A stretch of DNA of 35,120 nucleotides from Candidatus Eiseniibacteriota bacterium (GTDB taxonomy: Bacteria; Eisenbacteria; RBG-16-71-46), in NCBI GenBank assembly GCA_005893365.1, contig VBPB01000107.1:1-35120 (forward strand), given 5' to 3'. The notes under the pieces were generated by a model, which saw nothing but the letters and a program-made list of their open reading frames with translations, ran no database searches and had not been told where the DNA came from. This document shows, one piece after another, positions 7,883 through 16,573 of the stretch. Numbering within the stretch: the first letter of the stretch is position 1; each line of letters starts with the position of its first letter. Made by a program: the position numbers and the translations under genes.

Positions 7883-9759
7883 ACGAGACGCCGCGCGACC
7901 CGGGCGCACCGGGAGCGCCCGACCCGACCCGATCGTCCGGGCCCCCGGCGTCACGGGGTCCCGCGGACGCCTCACGTCCGATGCGATCCGGTGGCGGCGG
8001 CGGCGGCCGGGATCGTCGCGGCCGGCGCCGCCCGCCCGCGGGCCCGAGTGGGTCCGGGAGTGGTCCGCGCGAGCGCGCGTCGGGCGAGCGTCGTGGCCCC
8101 GGCGACAGCCGAGGCCCCCGCGACGCTCGTGCGGCTCGCGACAGCCGCGGCCCCCGCGACAACCGCGGCCCCCGCGACAGCCGCGGCCCCCGCGACAATC
8201 GCGGCCCGCGCGCCGCGCGTCCGCCGCGCGTCCAGCCCGAGGGGCAGGCGTACGCCGAGAACCGCTCGCGGCCGATCTATCCCGAGGCGCGCCGCGGGCG
8301 GCCGAACGCGGCCGACGGGCGGCGCAACGGCCGGCCCGACGGGCGCGGGGGCCCGCGCTGGCGGACCAACCCGAGCCCGCCCGCGCGACCCGCCGTGCCC
8401 GCGGGGCTGCCCGAGATGGAGGAGCAGGAGGCGCTGCCCGCCAACCCGCGCGAGGCGGCACTCAAGATCCTGCACGCCGCCGACACGCGCAGCGCCTTCA
8501 GCGACCGGCTGCTGGACGGGGCCCACCGGTTGCCCAACCAGGACCCGCGCGACGAGGCGCTGGTGCACGAGCTGGTCAAGGGCACGCTGCGCTGGCGCGG
8601 CCGGCTCGACTGGGTGCTCGACCGGCTGGTCCACATCGGCCTCTCGCAGGTCCAGCCGTGGATCAAGAACATCCTGCGCATGGGCGCCTACCAGATCCTG
8701 TTCCTCGACCGCGTGCCGGTGCACGCGGCGGTGGACGAATCGGTGAAGCTGGCGAACCAGTACGGACACCCCGGCACGGCGGGGCTCGTCAACAGCGTGC
8801 TGCGGCGGCTCGCCGAGGAGAAGGACACGATCACGCTGCCCGAGGGCGACGACGTGGCATCGCTGGCCGCCTGGGGCTCGCACCCGGTCTGGCTCACCGA
8901 GCGCTGGCTCGCGCGCTTCGGCGTCGCGGCCACCCGGGCCCTGCTCATGGCCGACAACCGCCCGGTCCCGGTGGGCCTTCGGGTCAACACGCTGCGCGGC
9001 ACGCGCGAGCAGTTGATCGAGCGGCTCGCCACCGAAGGCGTGGCCACGACCCCCGCGCGGTTCTCGCCGGATCTCCTGTGGATCGAGGGCCACCACGCGC
9101 CCGGCCGGCTCAACGCCTTCAAGCAGGGCCTGTGCACGGCCCAGGACGAGAGCGAGGCCCTGGTCTCGCGGCTGGTGGCGGCGCAGACGCACGAGCGCGT
9201 CCTCGACCTGTGCGCGGCCCCCGGCGGCAAGTGCACGCACCTGGCCGAGATGATGGGCGACGAGGGCGAGGTCTGGGCGATGGAGCGCAACGAGGCGCGG
9301 GTCCTAGCCCTCCAGAACACGGTGACGCGGCTCGGGACCCACTCGGTCCACGTGGTCCAGGGCGACGGCCGCACCTACACCTTCCCGATGCCCTTCGACC
9401 GCGTGCTGGTGGACGCGCCCTGCACCGGGCTCGGCGTGCTGGCGCGCCGCGCCGATGCGCGCTGGCGCAAGGGGCCGGAGATGCTCGAGGAGATGCCGCC
9501 GATCCAGCTCGACCTGCTGGTCGCCGGCGGCCGGCGCGCGCGTCCCGGCGGCGTGCTGGTCTACAGCGTCTGCTCGTTCGAGCCCGAGGAGACCACCGAG
9601 GTGGTCGAGGACTTCCTGGACCAGAACCCGCAGTTCGTGCTGGAGAGCGCCACCGGCCTGCTGCCGGACGAGGTGCTGGACGAGCACGGATTCATGCGGC
9701 TCACCCCGCACGTGCACGGCTGCGACGGCGCGTTCGCGGCCCGCTTCCGCCGCACGTGA
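7879..9759 (+). CDS. rsmB: 16S rRNA (cytosine967-C5)-methyltransferase RsmB, with a possible 179-aa Arg/Gly/Pro-rich N-terminal extension
   Basis: The NusB-like domain starts at PREAALKILHAADTRSAFSDRLL (just after ATG 8416). Methyltransferase core: DLCAAPGGKCTHLAEMM...DRVLVDAPCTGLGVLARR...LVYSVCSFEPEE. The ORF is open back to GTG 7879, which overlaps the fmt stop (GTGA). Alternative starts are ATG 7981 and ATG 8416. Confidence 0.85.
   Translation: MNETPRDPGAPGAPDPTRSSGPPASRGPADASRPMRSGGGGGGRDRRGRRRPPAGPSGSGSGPRERASGERRGPGDSRGPRDARAARDSRGPRDNRGPRDSRGPRDNRGPRAARPPRVQPEGQAYAENRSRPIYPEARRGRPNAADGRRNGRPDGRGGPRWRTNPSPPARPAVPAGLPEMEEQEALPANPREAALKILHAADTRSAFSDRLLDGAHRLPNQDPRDEALVHELVKGTLRWRGRLDWVLDRLVHIGLSQVQPWIKNILRMGAYQILFLDRVPVHAAVDESVKLANQYGHPGTAGLVNSVLRRLAEEKDTITLPEGDDVASLAAWGSHPVWLTERWLARFGVAATRALLMADNRPVPVGLRVNTLRGTREQLIERLATEGVATTPARFSPDLLWIEGHHAPGRLNAFKQGLCTAQDESEALVSRLVAAQTHERVLDLCAAPGGKCTHLAEMMGDEGEVWAMERNEARVLALQNTVTRLGTHSVHVVQGDGRTYTFPMPFDRVLVDAPCTGLGVLARRADARWRKGPEMLEEMPPIQLDLLVAGGRRARPGGVLVYSVCSFEPEETTEVVEDFLDQNPQFVLESATGLLPDEVLDEHGFMRLTPHVHGCDGAFAARFRRT
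8104..8211 (+). repeat. Six tandem 18-nt units encoding D(S/N)RGPR hexapeptides, inside the rsmB 5' extension
   Basis: GACAGCCGAGGCCCCCGC / GACGCTCGTGCGGCTCGC / GACAGCCGCGGCCCCCGC / GACAACCGCGGCCCCCGC / GACAGCCGCGGCCCCCGC / GACAATCGCGGCCCGCGC, in frame with rsmB. Confidence 0.9.
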
Positions 9760-10697
9760 GCGCGCGCCGGCGGCTCCGGACCCGCTACCCGCGGGCGGTC
9801 CAAGCCGTCGCGCGCGAGGGAGGAGCGATCGAGTCGGCGGCGGCCGCGGAGCCCTCCGCCGCGGTGACCATCCCGATCGAGGTCGAGCCCGCGCCGGCCG
9901 AGGCCGGCGAGATCCCGGTCGGCCAGGCGGGCGAGCCCGCCGCCACGGTCGAGCCGGCGCGGCCGCCGCGGCGCCGGGTGCGCGCCGCGGTGACGATCGC
10001 CGGCTTCGCCCTGCTCGCGTTCGTGACCGGGATGTTCGTGTTCAACAGCCTCGTGATGCCGCGCCTGATCCACGGCGTCGGGAGCGAGGTCACCGTGCCC
10101 GACCTCGGCAACCTCACGCTCGCCCAGGCCGAGCGCACGCTGCGCCCGCTCGGCCTCCAGCTCTCGCGCGCCGGCGAGCGGTTCGATCCGTCGGTGCCGC
10201 GCGGCTTCGTGCTGTCGCAGGACCCCGAGGCGGGCATCGCCGTGCGCGGGCGCAAGCGCGTCTCGGTCATGGTGAGCCTGGGCGAGGAGTTCAGCTCGGT
10301 GCCCGAGCTGTCGGGCGAATCCGTGCGCAGCGCCCGGCTGCTGATCGGGCGCGCGGGGCTTAGGCCGGGCACCGTGGTCCACGCGCCGTCCGACGAGGCG
10401 GGCGAGGGGCTGGTCATCGGGTCCGACCCCGGCCCCGAGGCGGTCCTGCAGCGCGACACGCCGGTCCACCTGCTGGTCTCGACCGGCCCGGGCGAGGAGA
10501 GCTTCGTGATGCCCGACCTGATCGGCCGCGAGATCACCGGCGTGCGCCGGCAGCTGGACGCGCTGGGGCTGCGCGTCGAGATGCCGCCCGCCGCCCCCGC
10601 GGTCGGCACCATCGTCTCGCAGGAGCCGCCGGCGGGCTCGCGCATCACCCGCGAGACGGTGATCCGGCTGCTCGCCGCCGGGCGCATGATCCGCTGA
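9756..10697 (+). CDS. Membrane-anchored protein with three PASTA domains and no kinase or transpeptidase domain
   Basis: One TM segment (VTIAGFALLAFVTGMFVF), then three repeats of the PASTA pattern: VTVPDLGNLTLAQAERTLRPLGL...; SSVPELSGESVRSARLLIGRAGL...; FVMPDLIGREITGVRRQLDALGL... The start is uncertain: GTG 9756 overlaps the rsmB stop, and a GTG near 9862 is an alternative. Confidence 0.8.
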   Translation: MSARRRLRTRYPRAVQAVAREGGAIESAAAAEPSAAVTIPIEVEPAPAEAGEIPVGQAGEPAATVEPARPPRRRVRAAVTIAGFALLAFVTGMFVFNSLVMPRLIHGVGSEVTVPDLGNLTLAQAERTLRPLGLQLSRAGERFDPSVPRGFVLSQDPEAGIAVRGRKRVSVMVSLGEEFSSVPELSGESVRSARLLIGRAGLRPGTVVHAPSDEAGEGLVIGSDPGPEAVLQRDTPVHLLVSTGPGEESFVMPDLIGREITGVRRQLDALGLRVEMPPAAPAVGTIVSQEPPAGSRITRETVIRLLAAGRMIR

Positions 10698-10707
10698 GGA
10701 GGTTCTC

Positions 10708-11379
10708 CTGGCCACCCATCCGCTCACGCCGCCGATCGCCGCTGCCAGCATCCTGTCGGCCGACTTCGCCCGCCTCGCCGAGGCGGTGGCCATCGCCGAC
10801 CCCGCGCGCGACTGGGTGCACTGCGACGTCATGGACAACCACTTCGTGCCCAACCTCACCTTCGGGCCGCTGGTGGTGGGGGCGGTGCGCCGCTTCACCA
10901 CCGCCCTGGTCGACACGCACCTCATGATCGAGGATCCGGTGACGCTCGTGCCCGAGTTCCGGCGCGCCGGCGCCGATCAGATCACCGTGCACCTCGAGGC
11001 CTGCCACGACCCCGGCGCCACCCTGGCCGCGGTGCGGGCCGGCGGGGCGCGCGCGGGGCTGGCGCTCAAGCCCGACACGCCGCTGGCCCAGGCCGAGCGC
11101 TGGCTCGCCGAGCTAGATCTATTGCTGGTGATGACCGTCGAGCCGGGGTTCGGCGGGCAGGCGTTCATGCCCGGGATGATCGAGAAGATCCGGGCCGCCG
11201 CCGCGTGGCGCACGACCCACGGCGCCCGCTATCTGATCGAGGTGGACGGCGGCATCGCGCCCGAAACCGGGCGGCGGTGCCGCGAGGTGGGGGCGGAGGT
11301 GTTCGTCGCCGGCCACGCGATCTACGGGCAGAGCGACCCGAGCGCGGCACTGGCGGCGCTGAGGCAGGCGATCGCGTGA
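10708..11379 (+). CDS. rpe: Ribulose-phosphate 3-epimerase (probable CTG start)
   Basis: IAAASILSADFARL...HCDVMDNHFVPNLTFGP...HLM...VMTVEPGFGGQAF...EVDGG. The conserved SILSADF motif lies upstream of the first ATG/GTG (10786). The only start-like codon after the GAGGAGG Shine-Dalgarno sequence (10696-10702) is CTG 10708. Confidence 0.85.
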   Translation: MATHPLTPPIAAASILSADFARLAEAVAIADPARDWVHCDVMDNHFVPNLTFGPLVVGAVRRFTTALVDTHLMIEDPVTLVPEFRRAGADQITVHLEACHDPGATLAAVRAGGARAGLALKPDTPLAQAERWLAELDLLLVMTVEPGFGGQAFMPGMIEKIRAAAAWRTTHGARYLIEVDGGIAPETGRRCREVGAEVFVAGHAIYGQSDPSAALAALRQAIA

Positions 11380-11711
11380 CCGTGGCGCGGCTCCCCGCGG
11401 CCGTCACGGCCGTCGCCGCGGCGAGGCGACCGCGGTCGGACGGCCGCCTTGGACCTTGGGGCCGCCAGTCTCCGGAGCCGAGCCTCCGACCAGGCCGCGG
11501 CATTCGTATTCTGTTTATTGGAAACGGCTTAGCGTGTACGAGCACGTCTGCAGACGAGACGACACCTGCCGGTCGCCTTGGCCTAGCCGGACGCCGCCTG
11601 CCACATCGTCCAAGACCGCAACGGTTTAGGCATGAAAAACGACTCCGTGACCTTCCTCAGGTGGCCGCCCGCCGCAGGCTGCACTCCGGCCTATCCGGGC
11701 CTCCAAGCGTG

Positions 11712-11720
11712 TGCTAGTAT
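11712..11720 (+). promoter_or_regulatory. Candidate extended -10 element (TGcTAGTAT) upstream of ffh
   Basis: TG at 11712-11713 and TAGTAT at 11715-11720, 28 nt before the ffh GTG. No convincing -35 element. Confidence 0.3.
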
Positions 11721-11747
11721 GCCCGCTTCGCCAGACGGAAAGGACCC

Positions 11748-13076
11748 GTGTTCGAAGCGCTTAGCGACCGACTCCAAGGGGTGTTCAAGAAGCTGACGGG
11801 CCAAGCCCGGCTCACCCCCGAGAACGTCCGTGAGAGCCTTCGAGATGTGCGCCGCGCGCTCCTCGAAGCGGATGTCCAAGTCGCTGTCGCGCGGGATTTT
11901 GTCGCCCGCGTCGAGGCCCGGGCCGTGGGCGAGGAGGTGTTGCGGAGTCTGACTCCCGGCCAGCAGGTCGTGGGGATCGTCCGCGAAGAGCTGGAGAGCC
12001 TGCTCGGGAAGAGCCCGGTCACGCTCGCCGGCTCGCCGCACCTGCCGACGGTGGTCCTGCTCGCCGGCCTACAGGGCTCGGGCAAGACGACCTTCGCCGG
12101 GAAGTTGAGCCTGTGGCTCAAGGCGCGCGACAAGCGCACGCTGCTCGCGAGCGCCGACGTGTATCGCCCGGCGGCGATCGACCAGTTGGAACGGGTGGCG
12201 GCACAGGCCGGGGCCGGCTTCTGGCGGGCGCCGGACGGAACGGCGCCGGTCGAGATCGCGACGGGCGCCCTCGCCGAGGGGCGTCGCCGCGGCTTCGATT
12301 TCCTGGTGCTCGACACCGCCGGCCGGCTGCACATCGACGCCGAGCTGATGGGCGAGCTCCAGGCGCTCAAGCGCGCCAGCCGCGCGCATCAGGTGCTGCT
12401 GGTCGTGGACGGCATGACCGGCCAGGAGGCGGTGCGCATCGGGCAGGCCTTCACCGAGCAGGTGGGGGTGGACGGGCTGGTGCTGACGAAGATGGACGGC
12501 GATGCGCGCGGCGGGGCCGCGCTGTCGCTGCGGCAGGTGACGGGCAAGCCCATCCTGTTCATGGGCGTGGGCGAGAAGCTGGACGGGCTGGAGGTGTTCC
12601 ACCCCGACCGCCTCGCCGGCCGCATCCTGGGGATGGGCGACGTGCTCGGGCTGGTGGAGAAGGCGCGGGCCGCCGTGGACGCGCGCGACGTGGCGCGCCT
12701 CGAGGCGCGGGCGCGCAAGGCGGACTTCACGCTGGAGGATTTCCTCGAGCAGCTGCAGCAGATGAAGAAGCTGGGGCCGATCGAGGAGATCATGAAGATG
12801 CTGCCCGGCATGCCCAAGGCGGCGCTGGCGGAGGCGGCACCGGATTCGGCTCGCCTGCGGCGCTACGAGGCGATCATGCAGAGCATGACGGTGAAGGAAC
12901 GCCGCCAGCCGCGCGTGATCGACGGCAGCCGGCGGCGGCGGATCGCGGCGGGCAGCGGCAGCTCGGTGAGCGACGTCAACCGGCTGCTCAAGGATTTCGA
13001 TCAGGCGAGGACGCTCATGAAGCGCCTGCGCCACGGTCCGCGCGGCCTGGCCGGCCTGCGCGGGCGGATGCGGTAG
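11748..13076 (+). CDS. ffh: Signal recognition particle protein Ffh
   Basis: [18 protein letters not shown]...[17 protein letters not shown]...DTAGRL...[14 protein letters not shown]..., with a Met-rich M domain ([18 protein letters not shown]). GTG start. Confidence 0.95.
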   Translation: MFEALSDRLQGVFKKLTGQARLTPENVRESLRDVRRALLEADVQVAVARDFVARVEARAVGEEVLRSLTPGQQVVGIVREELESLLGKSPVTLAGSPHLPTVVLLAGLQGSGKTTFAGKLSLWLKARDKRTLLASADVYRPAAIDQLERVAAQAGAGFWRAPDGTAPVEIATGALAEGRRRGFDFLVLDTAGRLHIDAELMGELQALKRASRAHQVLLVVDGMTGQEAVRIGQAFTEQVGVDGLVLTKMDGDARGGAALSLRQVTGKPILFMGVGEKLDGLEVFHPDRLAGRILGMGDVLGLVEKARAAVDARDVARLEARARKADFTLEDFLEQLQQMKKLGPIEEIMKMLPGMPKAALAEAAPDSARLRRYEAIMQSMTVKERRQPRVIDGSRRRRIAAGSGSSVSDVNRLLKDFDQARTLMKRLRHGPRGLAGLRGRMR

Positions 13077-13137
13077 CACGGCAGGTCCCGGACCCGAAGG
13101 GCCGGGCGACGTAGACCCTGGAGGAGGAATCACACAC

Positions 13138-13596
13138 ATGTCGGTGGTCATTCGACTGATGCGGGCCGGTGCCAAGAAGCGGCCCTTTTACCGGATGGTG
13201 GCGGCGGATTCGCGGCGCCAGCGCGACGGGCGGTTCCTCGAGATCCTCGGGCACTACAACCCGCTGACGACGCCGTACGAGCTGGTCGTGCACAAGGACC
13301 GGGTCGAGTCGTGGATCTCGAAGGGGGCGCAGCCGTCCGAGCAGGTCGCCTCGCTGCTGCGACCGCTCGGCATCTCGATCCACCGGGCGCCGGCGCTCAA
13401 GCTCGCCGTCGCGGCGGACCCGGCGGTCGCCGCGGCCGCGCCGGTCACGGCGGCCCGCCCGAAGGCCGCGAAGCCCAAGGCGAAGCCGGCGGCGCGGCGG
13501 ACGAGCGCGCGCAAGGTGTCGGCGCGCAAGACCGCGAAGAAGGCGGCGCGCAAGACCGGCAAGACGAAGGCGAAGGCGGCGGCCAAGAAGTCCTAA
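13138..13596 (+). CDS. rpsP: 30S ribosomal protein S16 with a Lys/Ala-rich C-terminal extension of about 70 aa
   Basis: GGAGGAGGA Shine-Dalgarno sequence. [42 protein letters not shown]..., followed by the tail ...[48 protein letters not shown]. Confidence 0.95.
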   Translation: MSVVIRLMRAGAKKRPFYRMVAADSRRQRDGRFLEILGHYNPLTTPYELVVHKDRVESWISKGAQPSEQVASLLRPLGISIHRAPALKLAVAADPAVAAAAPVTAARPKAAKPKAKPAARRTSARKVSARKTAKKAARKTGKTKAKAAAKKS

Positions 13597-13606
13597 CCCC
13601 TCGCGG

Positions 13607-13633
13607 GGGCCCGTGCGCCCCACGGGTCCCTTT
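13607..13633 (+). terminator. Rho-independent-like terminator after rpsP
   Basis: GGGCCCGTG-CGCCC-CACGGGTCC (8 of 9 positions paired) followed by CTTTG. Confidence 0.45.
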
Positions 13634-13742
13634 GCTGGGCACGCCGCCCGACGCGCGCGCCGTCGCGCCGGGGTTCGCCCTTGCGGGCCGCGCGCGGCGT
13701 GACGCATAGTGCGCGTCCATTCCCGAGGGGACCCAAGAGACG

Positions 13743-14669
13743 ATGACCCTGCCCAATAAGCTGCGGATCGGCGTGCGCGCCAACCGCCTGGCGCTTCGGC
13801 TCGCCGACGAGGTGGTCGAAGCCATCACCGGCGCCCACCCCAGTCTCGAGATCGAGGTGGTCAAGATCGCCGGCAGCGGCGACCACGTGCACGACGGCGC
13901 GTCGTCGGCCCCCGGCTTCACCCGCGACCTGGAGGCGGCCCTGGTCGAAGGCCGGGTGGACGCGGCGCTGCACGACCTGCCCGACTTGCCCCTGGTGCGT
14001 CGCGATAGCCTGCTGCTGGCCGCCGTGCCCCGCCGCCGCCATCCGTTCGAGGTCTTCCTGAGCCGCGACGGCCGCATCCTCGACGAGCTGGAGGCGGGCG
14101 AACGCGTGGGCAGCTCGACCGCGCTCCGTCGCGCCCAGGTGCTCGCCTACCGGGAGGATCTCAGGACCCTGGCGGCCCGCGGCAGCCTCGAGACCCACTG
14201 GAAGCAGCTCGAGGACGGTCAGTTCGAGGGGCTGGTCATGGCGGCGACCGACGCCGAGCGCCTCGGCTGGCACGACCGCGTGAGCGAGATCTTCACCACC
14301 GAGGTCTGCATCCCGACCCCCGGACAGGGCGCGCTGGGACTGGAGACCTTGGCCGCGCGCAAGGACGTCATCGCCGCGCTCAAGTGTCTGGACGACCCGG
14401 ACGCGCATCGCGCCGTGCTCGCCGAGCGGGCGTGGCTCAACGAGCTGCCCGGCGGCGACGACCTGCCGGCCGGCGCCCTGGCCAACATCGTCGAGGGCCA
14501 TCTGGTGATGGAGGCGGTGATCGTGAGCCCGGACGGCCTCGAGGTGGTGCGCGACGAGATCGAAGGCCCCGCGGCCCAGGCCGAGACCCTCGGCGTGAAG
14601 CTGGCGGTGCGGATGCTGGAGCGCGGCGCGCGGGAGATCGTCGAGGCGGTGACGGACGAGCCGGCATGA
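13743..14669 (+). CDS. Hydroxymethylbilane synthase (HemC)-like protein lacking the cofactor cysteine
   Basis: Full-length collinear similarity to HemC: LRIGVRANRLAL, ...DAALHDLPDLP, GSSTALRRAQV, ARGSLETHWKQL, PGQGALGLE, ERAWLNELPGGDDLPAG. Several canonical residues are substituted (see finding). Confidence 0.75.
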   Translation: MTLPNKLRIGVRANRLALRLADEVVEAITGAHPSLEIEVVKIAGSGDHVHDGASSAPGFTRDLEAALVEGRVDAALHDLPDLPLVRRDSLLLAAVPRRRHPFEVFLSRDGRILDELEAGERVGSSTALRRAQVLAYREDLRTLAARGSLETHWKQLEDGQFEGLVMAATDAERLGWHDRVSEIFTTEVCIPTPGQGALGLETLAARKDVIAALKCLDDPDAHRAVLAERAWLNELPGGDDLPAGALANIVEGHLVMEAVIVSPDGLEVVRDEIEGPAAQAETLGVKLAVRMLERGAREIVEAVTDEPA

Positions 14670-14740
14670 ACGCGGGCCGTTCGGCCGACGCGGCGAGGCG
14701 GGCCGGTGCATCATGGCGGCGGGATGCGGGAGGGGGCGCG

Positions 14741-15076
14741 ATGCGGGCGCGGGTGCTGGCGCTGGCGACGATCGGGCTCGCGGTGGTGCTCTGCGGCGGC
14801 TGCGGCCGTCACTCGACGCCCAACCCGACGCCCAACCCGACGCCCAACTCGGCGGCCGACCCTCAGGCGCGGGCCCAGCTGCTCATCGAGTCGGGCAACC
14901 AGGCGTTCGTCGCCGGTGACTTCGGGCTGGCGGCGCGGCGGTACGCGGCGGCGGCGGTGATCAAGAAGGACGACCCGGCCGCCTACTACGGGCTGGGGAT
15001 GGCGTTGTCCAAGCTCGGACGCGACGAGGATGCGCGGGCCGCCTACGCCCGCGCCCGGGCGCTGTCGCGACGGTGA
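14741..15076 (+). CDS. Small TPR-repeat (lipo)protein with a (TPNP)n linker
   Basis: GGGAGGGGG Shine-Dalgarno sequence. MRARVLALATIGLAVVLCGGC (signal peptide and Cys), HSTPNPTPNPTPNS, then a TPR-like segment: AQLLIESGNQAFVAGDFGLAARRY...AAYYGLGMALSKLGRDEDARAAYARA. The track's 14384 start is an over-extension. Confidence 0.65.
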   Translation: MRARVLALATIGLAVVLCGGCGRHSTPNPTPNPTPNSAADPQARAQLLIESGNQAFVAGDFGLAARRYAAAAVIKKDDPAAYYGLGMALSKLGRDEDARAAYARARALSRR

Positions 15077-15107
15077 TCCGGCGCCTGCCGCCCGCGGCGA
15101 GGGAGCC

Positions 15108-16383
<1,276 letters not shown>

Positions 16384-16388
<5 letters not shown>

Positions 16389-16570
16389 CCTGGACTATTG
16401 ATGAGCCCGCGGCCTACGAAAGCGATCCGCCGGCCGTCCGCGGCGTTGCGGACCCGGGGCGCTCCTCGACGTGTCTCTCGACACGTCTGCGGTGCGGCCC
16501 GAGTCCGCGCCTTGCGGCCGGCCCCCGTCTCGCTTCCTCGGCTCGCGGTTCATGAATAGTCCAGGTTGAG
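16384..16570. repeat. Imperfect palindrome of about 180 nt (long hairpin) filling the serS-kinase spacer
   Basis: AACCTGGACTATT (16387-16399) is the exact reverse complement of AATAGTCCAGGTT (16555-16567). Further paired blocks lie inward (16401-16414 with 16540-16553; 16420-16425 with 16530-16535; 16448-16453 with 16503-16508). The apical perfect stem is GACGTGTC-TCTC-GACACGTC (16468-16487). Confidence 0.85.
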
Positions 16571-16573
16571 ACC

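Noticed and set aside
8104-8211. Tandem repeats as a possible CRISPR or minisatellite (also the 3x12-nt ACGCCCAACCCG repeat at 14816-14851)
   Set aside because: The units are directly adjacent with no spacers. They are in frame with rsmB and the lipoprotein gene and encode DSRGPR and TPNP peptide repeats.
11519-11533. Sigma-54-like TGG-N10-GC spacing (TGGAAACGGCTTAGC)
   Set aside because: Only the GG/GC dinucleotides and their spacing match. The flanking consensus (TGGCAC ... TTGCW) is poor, and no enhancer-binding protein gene is nearby.
11380-11747. SRP (4.5S) RNA gene expected near ffh
   Set aside because: The conserved domain IV sequence (…GGUCCGGAAGGAAGCAGCC…-like, with a GNRA loop and AGCA symmetric loop) is absent on both strands.
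13626-13637. Identical 12-mer GTCCCTTTGCTG at 1831-1842 and 13626-13637
   Set aside because: Dozens of shared 12-mers are expected by chance in 35 kb, and no extended similarity flanks them.
16398-16425. Hammerhead-ribozyme-like words (TTGATGAG ... CGAAAG) in the left arm of the palindrome
   Set aside because: The conserved C of CUGAUGA is a U here. The intervening GCCCGCGGCCUAC cannot form a stem II directly abutting GAAA. No matching cleavage-site helix was found. Most likely coincidental.
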